Source: a virus (lineage: Duplodnaviria; Caudoviricetes). Taken from it: a stretch of DNA of 64,000 bases. The translations under genes were made by a program, and so were the position numbers. Shown here one piece after another: positions 56,503 through 64,000 of this stretch. Position 1 is the stretch's first letter, and each line of letters begins with the position of its first letter. The stretch is from the IMG/VR virus record IMGVR_UViG_3300021387_000147. One strand, 5' to 3'. A model generated the notes under the pieces. The model was given only the letters and a program-made list of their open reading frames with translations, made no database searches and was not told the DNA's origin.

Positions 56503-56940
56503 TTAATCTTCTCCAATCCACTTAATTTGATTTCTTTTGTATTCTCTACGAAGATGCCTCAAAATTTCCATCTGTTCATCAACAAAATTCTTGAGCTTTA
56601 CCTGCTTTGTAGTCTTAAACCAATAATTTTGCTCAGACCAATCATTATACGTATCCCATTCGCAAAGCTCACCTTCATGAAGGTCAGGTCCTTTAATAGT
56701 ATTGATACGCTTCAATGGATAAACAGTTGCTTGACCAAGAACATGAGAAGTAATTTGATATATCAAAGTCTTTGGATCACGTTCATAAATTGGCGTATCA
56801 GAAGTAAAATCTGCTAATTTTGCTTTACCATATACAGTTTGAATGTATACGTTTGCATCAGTCTGTTTATCTAGACTTAAAAACTCATTTATTTCAAGTC
56901 CATGCACTTCAAAAATTGATTTAAATTCTTCTAAAGTCAT
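56503..56940 (-). CDS. C-terminal helix family member
   Basis: Ends LRREYKRNQIKWIGED. Confidence 0.65.
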   Translation of the reverse strand: MTLEEFKSIFEVHGLEINEFLSLDKQTDANVYIQTVYGKAKLADFTSDTPIYERDPKTLIYQITSHVLGQATVYPLKRINTIKGPDLHEGELCEWDTYNDWSEQNYWFKTTKQVKLKNFVDEQMEILRHLRREYKRNQIKWIGED

Positions 56941-56944
56941 TTTT

Positions 56945-57187
56945 TTACTTATAATAGTCTTTACTCACAAAGTAAAGCCAATCGGTTAATTTGTTAATAT
57001 CATTTGTAATCGTTATATCACGCCACTTATCATAAATTGCTAATCTACCATCTTGAAGCAATGCCGCTTTGATATTGAAAATATCATCTCCACCGCGATA
57101 ACAACAAATTCCACATGTGCCTTTATCCTTAAAGACACAATCAGGAATGAAATTTCTGCAAATTGTTTTAAAATCTTTTTCTGTCAT
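56945..57187 (-). CDS. Hypothetical protein
   Basis: Starts MTEKDFKTI, similar to MTLEEFKSI of the neighbour. Confidence 0.55.
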   Translation of the reverse strand: MTEKDFKTICRNFIPDCVFKDKGTCGICCYRGGDDIFNIKAALLQDGRLAIYDKWRDITITNDINKLTDWLYFVSKDYYK

Positions 57188-57189
57188 AA

Positions 57190-57456
57190 TTAGTGAAAGT
57201 TAATTGTTCCAGTTCCAAATCCATATCCAAAGCGATGTGTGCGTAGACTATAACCAAATCCATAACCAAATCCACCATGAGCACGGTCTTTTATTGGTCG
57301 AGAATAGTGAACCTTCTCATCACAGTTAGTTTCACATTTACTATTTTCACTTTTTATGCCAAAAATGATTACTGTCGACATGACAATAATAATCAAGAAA
57401 ATAAATGCGCTAATGCTTGCGTCTGAATTGATAAAATCATTCCACCACTTCTTCAT
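57190..57456 (-). CDS. Membrane protein with Gly/aromatic repeats
   Basis: TM helix; GGFGYGFGY...RFGYGFG. Confidence 0.55.
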   Translation of the reverse strand: MKKWWNDFINSDASISAFIFLIIIVMSTVIIFGIKSENSKCETNCDEKVHYSRPIKDRAHGGFGYGFGYSLRTHRFGYGFGTGTINFH

Positions 57457-57459
57457 AGT

Positions 57460-57606
57460 TTAATTCCTTTGCTGATTTTGTGCATTAATCACCTTTGCGG
57501 CATTTACGATTTCTTTGTAATTTTCACTTGCAACATAGCTAAAATAACCACCTACTATAGTCACAACAATCACAAACAAAATATCTTTCCAAGTCCAATC
57601 TTCCAT
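57460..57606 (-). CDS. Small single-TM protein
   Basis: MEDWTWKDILFVIVVTIVGGYF; GGAGG RBS. Confidence 0.55.
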   Translation of the reverse strand: MEDWTWKDILFVIVVTIVGGYFSYVASENYKEIVNAAKVINAQNQQRN

Positions 57607-57607
57607 C

Positions 57608-57817
57608 TTACGCCTCCACAAAGGCAACGTCGCCATCAAGGATTTCGATTTCCTTCGCGCAATCCTCAACAGCAACGTCATTATTGTAATTCTTGACAAT
57701 CACGTCCTGATACTTGTAGGCCGTGTCTTCCGCATCATCGCAGTCCACGAAGATGTCGTTATAAAGACGGTTAATTACTTCATTCAGATACTTTTCCCAA
57801 ATCATTTTCGTATTCAT
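57608..57817 (-). CDS. Small acidic protein
   Basis: Starts MNTKM, like its neighbour. Confidence 0.6.
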   Translation of the reverse strand: MNTKMIWEKYLNEVINRLYNDIFVDCDDAEDTAYKYQDVIVKNYNNDVAVEDCAKEIEILDGDVAFVEA

Positions 57818-57827
57818 TTTATTTCCT

Positions 57828-58184
57828 CTATGCTTTCAAAAGTGCAACAATAGTGTCATGTTCCATATCAGTTAAATTAGTGCGATGTTGACGATAAAAT
57901 CCATAAAGAACTCGCATCATAACAGAACCTTTAGTAGAACCTTCAATCCACTTCTTAAATTCTGGCATGTTTTCCCAAGAACCTTCATAGGCTTCAGGAA
58001 CATACATTTCTCCAATGATGCACACATTATGGCCTTCTGCATCTTTCTTAAAAGAGACCGTATGATTCGGTTCAATTCTGACCTTCATATCAAGTTCATT
58101 TGTTTTCACATCGAATGCTATATGCGCTTCCAGAGAATAACCGTTAGCAAAAAGCATTTTAGTTCTACGCATTTTCGTATTCAT
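57828..58184 (-). CDS. Tandem paralog B
   Basis: ANGYSLEA...TNELDM...YEGSWENMPEF...LTDMEHDTIVALL. Confidence 0.75.
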   Translation of the reverse strand: MNTKMRRTKMLFANGYSLEAHIAFDVKTNELDMKVRIEPNHTVSFKKDAEGHNVCIIGEMYVPEAYEGSWENMPEFKKWIEGSTKGSVMMRVLYGFYRQHRTNLTDMEHDTIVALLKA

Positions 58185-58185
58185 T

Positions 58186-58512
58186 TTATGCCTCCAAAAG
58201 AGCAACAATAGTGTCATGTTCAATATCAGTCAAAGCCTGACGATGCTGACGATAGAATTCATAAAGAACTCGTATCATAGCAGAACCTTTGACCCACTTC
58301 TGAAATTCAGGCATGTTTTCCCAAGTGCCTTCGTAATCTTCCGGCTTATACTTAGTTCTGATAACGACATGTTTACCATCTTTATAGTCGAATTCAGCAT
58401 GCATGCCAACATTCATTCTTACTCGCATATCAAGTTCATTCGTTTCTTCATTAAAGCTGAACTGAGCTTCAAGAGAATAACCATTAGCGGAAAGTGTCTT
58501 AGAACGATGCAT
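58186..58512 (-). CDS. Tandem paralog A
   Basis: ANGYSLEA...TNELDM...YEGTWENMPEF...LTDIEHDTIVALL. Confidence 0.75.
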   Translation of the reverse strand: MHRSKTLSANGYSLEAQFSFNEETNELDMRVRMNVGMHAEFDYKDGKHVVIRTKYKPEDYEGTWENMPEFQKWVKGSAMIRVLYEFYRQHRQALTDIEHDTIVALLEA

Positions 58513-58539
58513 TTCATTAACCTCTTTAATTTTTACATG

Positions 58540-58773
58540 TATAATATAAGTATTTTTGGATTCGTTGGAAACCCCTATTTTTGTAAAAAGTTGTTTACAT
58601 TGGACAATTTTAGGCCCTCTAAGGCCCCAGGAGGCCATCCAATTTTGCTCCCAGGCGCATTCTGGGGCATTTTTTAAGGTTTCCCATGTAAATATGCGGC
58701 CATATAAAAAAGACGCCCAAAAGAGCGTCTGGAATATATGTCAATTTTTGACAATTGTAAACTTTAGTTTACA
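58540..58773 (-). promoter_or_regulatory. Sigma70-type promoter with paired TGTAAA-N6-TTTACA boxes enclosing a GC-rich element
   Basis: TTTCCA-N17-TATATT; boxes at 58582-58599 and 58756-58773. Confidence 0.7.
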
Positions 58774-59231
58774 AAAGTGATGATGTCACCACATGTTTTT
58801 ACGTATATTTTTTCCAAATCCAAAATAGTTGATTTTGTGTCATCTAACTTTTCTATTGGAGCAATTACGCAAAATGCACCGATGCCATAAACAATAGTCA
58901 CTTCTGAAAAATGGTCTTTATATTTTAATTGAATATGGTAATTTTCCCATTCATCTTTTGGGTCTGTATAAATGAATTCTCTAAATTCTTTTTTCCATAA
59001 GTTCTGATAGAAGAATTCCATACATTCCCAAATTAGGTCTTTATCTTTACCTTTATAATTGTATTGTAATGATTCTTCTTCAAAGGATTTTCCATGCTTA
59101 ACAATATCAATCAATTTTGCAAACATTTGGTCACGTTTAACTTTTTGTTTAACTAATTGAGCTAAACCTTCTGGCCAAGATTTTCCTTTCAAATCAGTTA
59201 ATTCATTCTTTACAATTACTTTTCTATTCAT
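58764..59231 (-). CDS. Hypothetical late protein, probably leaderless
   Basis: TATAAATA at 59236-59243, 4 nt before the ATG. Confidence 0.6.
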   Translation of the reverse strand: MNRKVIVKNELTDLKGKSWPEGLAQLVKQKVKRDQMFAKLIDIVKHGKSFEEESLQYNYKGKDKDLIWECMEFFYQNLWKKEFREFIYTDPKDEWENYHIQLKYKDHFSEVTIVYGIGAFCVIAPIEKLDDTKSTILDLEKIYVKTCGDIITFVN

Positions 59232-59321
59232 ATTATATTTATAGAGCCATCCACACTAGAACACCAACAATGCATGTGATTATCATAATAGTGGCTATTG
59301 TTTCATCAACTTTTTTATTCA

Positions 59322-60176
59322 TTACTTCTTCTTTGTTTTCTTAATTATGAAGTTATCATATTCACATGTCTTAAATGACTTTGTATCAATATCATCGATA
59401 AACTTCTTACTATCCTTAAATAAGTCTGTATGTTCTGCAATCCACTTGACCTTATATTCATAAAGTTCAATAGAATTCAATGAAATACGAGGATGATAAT
59501 CATCTAATGCTTCATTATAAGCACTTGATGCAAGATACTTTTCAAATTCTGTCTTTGCATATTCTCTATATGCATCCTTGATTTCCTTAGAAGCATCACT
59601 TGCTGTAAGATAAGGTTCAATATCAATTGGTGCTAATTCAACAACATCAATCATATCTAATAGAGCATTATAATGTGCATCCTTAAAATCAACGAACTGA
59701 ACTTCCTGAGAGAAATTACGATGCATACGCTTACCAAGCTTGTTAGTAATCAATTCACCATATTCTTTTTCTTTAATATGTGCATATTCATTGACTGCAA
59801 CTTGACGACAATCTGTTAGCTTATCAGCAAGCAAACTTCCAATATAAATATCGTCAATATCAAAGTAGCCAAACCACTTTTTCTTTACAGTTCCTTTTTT
59901 AACTCTCTCTGTTCCAGAATTTCTAGTAATTGTTTCGCCATTTGGAAATTTTACTGTATAATCAAATTGAATATATGGATTTTTAAAACCCTTTGTATAT
60001 ACAATATACACATTATCAATTGTTGCTACAGCGAATTCCTTTGAATTGCTATAAACATTATTCTGACCAACAAAATAATGTGATACAGGTAATTCAATGT
60101 TTCCTACAATCTTTAATTTTGTATCTAAACTACATCCAAAATCTGGAGCTACTTTTTCTGTTAAGATTTCCTTCAT
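59322..60176 (-). CDS. Hypothetical protein
   Basis: ORF with GAGG RBS. Confidence 0.6.
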   Translation of the reverse strand: MKEILTEKVAPDFGCSLDTKLKIVGNIELPVSHYFVGQNNVYSNSKEFAVATIDNVYIVYTKGFKNPYIQFDYTVKFPNGETITRNSGTERVKKGTVKKKWFGYFDIDDIYIGSLLADKLTDCRQVAVNEYAHIKEKEYGELITNKLGKRMHRNFSQEVQFVDFKDAHYNALLDMIDVVELAPIDIEPYLTASDASKEIKDAYREYAKTEFEKYLASSAYNEALDDYHPRISLNSIELYEYKVKWIAEHTDLFKDSKKFIDDIDTKSFKTCEYDNFIIKKTKKK

Positions 60177-60177
60177 T

Positions 60178-60717
60178 TTATTCCTCATTATTATCCCATT
60201 CATCTGCTATAATGAATGCTGATTCTCTTGCATCGTTAATTATTTTTAATGCTTCTTCTTTTGTAATTGTCTTTACTTCTTCATCATCTTGAATATCGTA
60301 TGATGGAGATATATAAGCCTCTAATTGAACTTGTCCATATCCTTCTGAATTTAAACCTGCATTTAACCAATCATGTTCATTATTATACTTAATATGAATT
60401 ACATTAGCCTTGCATCTTACAAAGTTTCTTCCTTTAAAATCTACAGAAGTAATATGTGCAATTTTAATATCAGATTTATCTTCTCTTGAACCAGCTTTCA
60501 AATACTTTCTTCCATAAGTAATTACGTATTTTCCAGCCCAATCTTGCATGAACTTTTCACGTTCTTTTGCACGTTTTGCTTCTCTAACTTCCTCAAGCTT
60601 CTTATCAGCATCATCTCTTAATGCTTTCAATTCAGCTTCAGTGTTAAAATTCTTTAAAATTTCTTGATTATCCAAAACATCCTCCTGGATTGTCACCTTC
60701 CCATGTATCTTTACCAT
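60178..60717 (-). CDS. Hypothetical protein
   Basis: 179-aa ORF. Confidence 0.6.
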   Translation of the reverse strand: MVKIHGKVTIQEDVLDNQEILKNFNTEAELKALRDDADKKLEEVREAKRAKEREKFMQDWAGKYVITYGRKYLKAGSREDKSDIKIAHITSVDFKGRNFVRCKANVIHIKYNNEHDWLNAGLNSEGYGQVQLEAYISPSYDIQDDEEVKTITKEEALKIINDARESAFIIADEWDNNEE

Positions 60718-61261
60718 GTATTTTTTCCATGTCAGCCTTTAATTCTTTACTAAAATCATCTCTGACTAATATAGGATTTTCATCTTTCTTAATCTTGATT
60801 TCAATAAATCTTTCATTACTGTTATTCTTGATTTCATAAGCATTATGCCATGCATTCACATAATCAGTAATTGGAGAACCACACAAAGAAGACTTTACTG
60901 CTTTATCTTTCCATGGCATGTGATAACAAACACCATTAACATAAACATGACACAAGTCATTAGAATTTAATAGACGTTCAATACACTTTTCACCATCAGT
61001 AAAAATAGAGTCAGTTTGTCCCCATGTTGGAACCAATCTTGTTGTATGATGGAAATGCACTTTTTCAGCACAATTGACTTTTAAGAAAAATTCCTTTAAT
61101 ACATATTGCTTCATTAAGTTCTTATGGTGTTTATCCCAAATGAACTGTTCTGATTCAACTTCAAATTGTAAATTTTCAATTGCCCACATATCAATATTGA
61201 TACATTCACAATTGTTAAAAACCAATTCTATTTCTTGATTAGTTAGTGCTACGTCATTCAT
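60668..61261 (-). CDS. Hypothetical protein
   Basis: 197-aa ORF; IELVFNNCE motif. Confidence 0.6.
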   Translation of the reverse strand: MNDVALTNQEIELVFNNCECINIDMWAIENLQFEVESEQFIWDKHHKNLMKQYVLKEFFLKVNCAEKVHFHHTTRLVPTWGQTDSIFTDGEKCIERLLNSNDLCHVYVNGVCYHMPWKDKAVKSSLCGSPITDYVNAWHNAYEIKNNSNERFIEIKIKKDENPILVRDDFSKELKADMEKIHGKDTWEGDNPGGCFG

Positions 61262-61974
61262 TATACAATCCTCGATGTACTATCAATACCAAATTTATAA
61301 AACTTTTCTCTTGTTGCATCATCATTTGGATAAACATAAAAACCATTTTCGTCTTTATGAACGGTTGATTTAAATGATTCAAACCATTTCGATCTATTTA
61401 ATAGATTTGTTGGATAAATTTTTTCTTCATCATAATTAATAAACCATCCCTTAAACCAAGCCTTTCCAAATACCCAACAGTGATAAATGATCATTCCTTC
61501 TTTTAGAGAGTCAGGATGATCAGTTAAAATATCTTCAACTCCATCATTATCATATTCATAGTTAGGTTGAACTTCTATAAGATGACCATTTTCATACTTA
61601 TACATTTTATCATTATCTGGAACAGAATCATCTATTGGATGACCATCGTCATCAGTTGGACCATCTGTAGTATCATCATAACTCATGCAATAATCTGAAA
61701 TTGGATCTTTTTCACATTGGCCTGCATATCTTTTAATAATCTTCATTTCTTCTTCAGAAATTGGTTTTGCAGAATTCAACATGTATACAATATCTTCTTT
61801 TGTGAAAATCTGTTCTTCATTAGAACCAATATATGTTGAATATTCATAATCTTTAGGAATCTTTCTTAAAGCTTCCTTTGTTGCGGCTAATTCTTCTTCG
61901 CTCATGAAAGTAAAACAATCAATGTCCATTTCATCAGCCCAATTATATGATGTGTCTAAAATGTAATATTGCAT
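61261..61974 (-). CDS. Hypothetical acidic protein
   Basis: NWADEMD and YIGSNEE motifs. Confidence 0.6.
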   Translation of the reverse strand: MQYYILDTSYNWADEMDIDCFTFMSEEELAATKEALRKIPKDYEYSTYIGSNEEQIFTKEDIVYMLNSAKPISEEEMKIIKRYAGQCEKDPISDYCMSYDDTTDGPTDDDGHPIDDSVPDNDKMYKYENGHLIEVQPNYEYDNDGVEDILTDHPDSLKEGMIIYHCWVFGKAWFKGWFINYDEEKIYPTNLLNRSKWFESFKSTVHKDENGFYVYPNDDATREKFYKFGIDSTSRIV

Positions 61975-61975
61975 A

Positions 61976-62500
61976 TTAAATGTCCTTAATGTCTAGAGAG
62001 AAACCACCTTCTTCTCCATCTGCTTCATCATCCCAATCACAATGATAACCAAAGTTATATTCGATTGATTTCTTATTCTTAATTGCATCTTTGATCCAAT
62101 CAATAAACATTTGTTTAATTTCTAGGCCAGTAAAACCAGTTGGTCTCTGCATGAATTCTTCAAATGTAGCTTCCTTCTTTCCAGTATAAGTATTATATGC
62201 TTCTTCATCATCCCATGGATAACCATAATCATCACGAGAATCATCAATATAATCTCTTACTTGACTATAACATTCTTTGAATGCTTTTTCTTCGTCTGTT
62301 CCTTGATATTCAAGACGATGTTCTACACCCATATCATGCTGATAAATTGCATTGACAGTAAAGACAGTTTTCTTCTGTCCTACTTTCATTTCAAGATAAT
62401 CAATGTAATCATAAATCTTATCTGGAACAAAGATATGATTGTTCTTCAGATATTCTTTATATTCTTTTAATTCTTCTGGTGTAGTAATCTTTTCTACCAT
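61976..62500 (-). CDS. Hypothetical acidic protein
   Basis: 174-aa ORF. Confidence 0.6.
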   Translation of the reverse strand: MVEKITTPEELKEYKEYLKNNHIFVPDKIYDYIDYLEMKVGQKKTVFTVNAIYQHDMGVEHRLEYQGTDEEKAFKECYSQVRDYIDDSRDDYGYPWDDEEAYNTYTGKKEATFEEFMQRPTGFTGLEIKQMFIDWIKDAIKNKKSIEYNFGYHCDWDDEADGEEGGFSLDIKDI

Positions 62501-62865
62501 TTGTTTTTCCTTTTATAATTCTTTCCTGGATTTAAACTATAAGGTTGTTTATTCTTTTTAACTGGAATTGGTGCAACCCATGTTTTTTGAGTAGGAAGTT
62601 CATCAAATTTTGGTACTGAGTCCCATGCTGCGGCTATAATATCATCATCTGCTTTATTATAAATTCTCTTTATTGTATTCTTTAAACCAACAGGACCTTT
62701 TGTAGGTTGAACTCCAACTATTTTATTTGCCATCAATTGTGGGAATACTCTTCTAATGAGTGGCATTCCATAACGAGCCCATTCATTAGGTTCCTCTGCA
62801 TCAATATTAACTAATTGATTGACAAATGTCAACCCTGGATTTTCTAATTCTTCCTCATTTTTCAT
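62494..62865 (-). CDS. Short protein containing a T4 gp23 major-capsid-like segment
   Basis: PLIRRVFPQLMANKIVGVQPTKGPVG resembles gp23 MVRRAIPNLIAFDICGVQPMNSPTG. Confidence 0.7.
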   Translation of the reverse strand: MKNEEELENPGLTFVNQLVNIDAEEPNEWARYGMPLIRRVFPQLMANKIVGVQPTKGPVGLKNTIKRIYNKADDDIIAAAWDSVPKFDELPTQKTWVAPIPVKKNKQPYSLNPGKNYKRKNKW

Positions 62866-63383
62866 ATATCCATCTTAATTAATTCTACAATTTGATCATA
62901 ACCAGCCTGAGATCCATCACAATCTACGTAAATGAATTTCTCATCATCCAACATTTTTCTAATTCTATTATCGATTTCAATTGCTTCTTCTTCAGTTTGA
63001 TTTCGACCATTAGGATTGTATGCTTTCTTTCGTCTTACAAATATATTTAAAGTTCTCTTATATTTGTGTGCAGTATATAACGCTGCATCTTGATATGGCT
63101 TCTCATCTGTATACATTGATCCAAGTGCAATTGGACTATCAGTAATAATTACATCCACTTTACCTAATAATCTTTCAATCTTTAAGCACTGTTTTCCAAT
63201 TACATATAGCTGACAATGTTGTAATGGGAATTGGTCATCTTGCCAAACTCTATCTTTAGCATATTCTGACACATATTCACAATCGATACCAGCCATTTTC
63301 AACTTTGCAAAAATATATGCAGCACCAGTAGACTTACCTGCTCCTGGTCCTGCAAACAAATTAACAATTAAAGTATTTTTCAT
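62862..63383 (-). CDS. P-loop kinase/ATPase, NadR/AAA_28-like
   Basis: NLFAGPGAGKST, VSEYAK, IITDSP, GRNQTEEEA. Confidence 0.75.
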   Translation of the reverse strand: MKNTLIVNLFAGPGAGKSTGAAYIFAKLKMAGIDCEYVSEYAKDRVWQDDQFPLQHCQLYVIGKQCLKIERLLGKVDVIITDSPIALGSMYTDEKPYQDAALYTAHKYKRTLNIFVRRKKAYNPNGRNQTEEEAIEIDNRIRKMLDDEKFIYVDCDGSQAGYDQIVELIKMDI

Positions 63384-64000
63384 CTATATTCGTCCTTCCA
63401 CCAATCTAATGATAACGCTGCTTGTTCTTCTAACATTGCTAAACCATTTACGGACGCTACGCAATGTTTATTTCTTTTTGCTTTTTCTACTAATCTATCA
63501 TCAGCATAATTTAAATCAAAATAAATGAATTTTGACTTATTGTTAAAGTTAATATCTATATTTGCTTTAAATGGAATTGTATTTACTATCAATTCATAAT
63601 TCTTTGCATTAAATTCTTTTAATGGAAGTTGACCATCTTTAGGATTTCTTGCAAATATATCTACAACTTCTGCTTCATCTGCTAATTCTTTATAAATGAC
63701 TGGCATTACACCGCCATTTCCTAGAATTGCACATTTATTAGGATAACCAATATCCCAATCATCATTATCAATTAAATGAGAATAAGCTCTATAAAATGCA
63801 ATTCCATCAAATGACTTTCCCCATAAGGTTCCATCATCTAAAATTTTAACTGCATTTACAGAGTCTGATTCTACAATATCTAAATAATCAATAACTTCTT
63901 GTTTATAGGGAGTTGTCACATTAAACCCACTATAACCAAGTTTTCTGAAATAATCAATAGCTTTTTTTAAATCTGCTGTATCAAAGACTTCATAAGTTTC
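63380..64000 (-). CDS. aroE: Shikimate dehydrogenase-like protein, 5' end outside the window
   Basis: The frame stays open to the window edge: GFNVTTPYK, ILGNGG, IVNTIP, FDLNY, NGLAMLEEQA. Confidence 0.8.
   Translation of the reverse strand, partial: ETYEVFDTADLKKAIDYFRKLGYSGFNVTTPYKQEVIDYLDIVESDSVNAVKILDDGTLWGKSFDGIAFYRAYSHLIDNDDWDIGYPNKCAILGNGGVMPVIYKELADEAEVVDIFARNPKDGQLPLKEFNAKNYELIVNTIPFKANIDINFNNKSKFIYFDLNYADDRLVEKAKRNKHCVASVNGLAMLEEQAALSLDWWKDEYR

Noticed and set aside
57828-58512. Diversity-generating retroelement template/variable repeat pair
   Set aside because: Differences are not adenine-specific, include indels, both copies are coding, and there is no reverse transcriptase in the window
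1-64000. Stop-codon reassignment, as in some gut jumbo phages
   Set aside because: Long genes are intact in code 11, and TAA, TAG and TGA all end genes at sensible boundaries
1-64000. CRISPR array, tRNA or rRNA genes
   Set aside because: No regularly spaced repeat-spacer units or cloverleaf/T-loop signatures were seen; the dispersed repeats are promoter-associated. A tRNAscan/Infernal run is still advisable

Overview
AT-rich, gene-dense segment of a large T4-like (myovirus/jumbo) phage genome, almost all on the minus strand after ~2.8 kb. Evidence: gp44/gp62-type clamp loader subunits, repeated T4-type late promoters (TATAAATA), a gp23 capsid-like fragment, NrdD/NrdG, and ATP-dependent DNA and RNA ligases. 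A secreted cadherin-repeat protein with a Fibrobacter-style C-terminus points, by inference, to an anaerobic gut/rumen Fibrobacterota host. Accessory content includes NAD salvage genes (PncA, NadE, NadD/NadM-NUDIX, NadR-like kinase), RNA/nucleotide processing enzymes, a DUF2828/TROVE-like protein, Hsp20, an ArfA-like peptide, AroE and two radical SAM loci. Best candidate for a new system: at 41.6-43.9 kb an RlmN/Cfr-like radical SAM gene lacks its C-terminal catalytic AACGQL segment, and that segment is encoded upstream as a separate 44-aa ORF (missing from the ORF track). A hairpin separates the two, and a second atypical radical SAM gene and a methyltransferase follow. Other highlights: a radical SAM gene coupled to a CGGCG-repeat protein; 13 divergent proteins sharing one C-terminal helix motif; a late-gene family sharing an L-x-EA...GY motif; and seven promoters with a TGTAAA-N6-TTTACA palindrome exactly 10 bp upstream of the -35. 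All assignments come from motif recognition by eye; no database searches were run. No tRNA, rRNA, CRISPR array or transposase was recognised.
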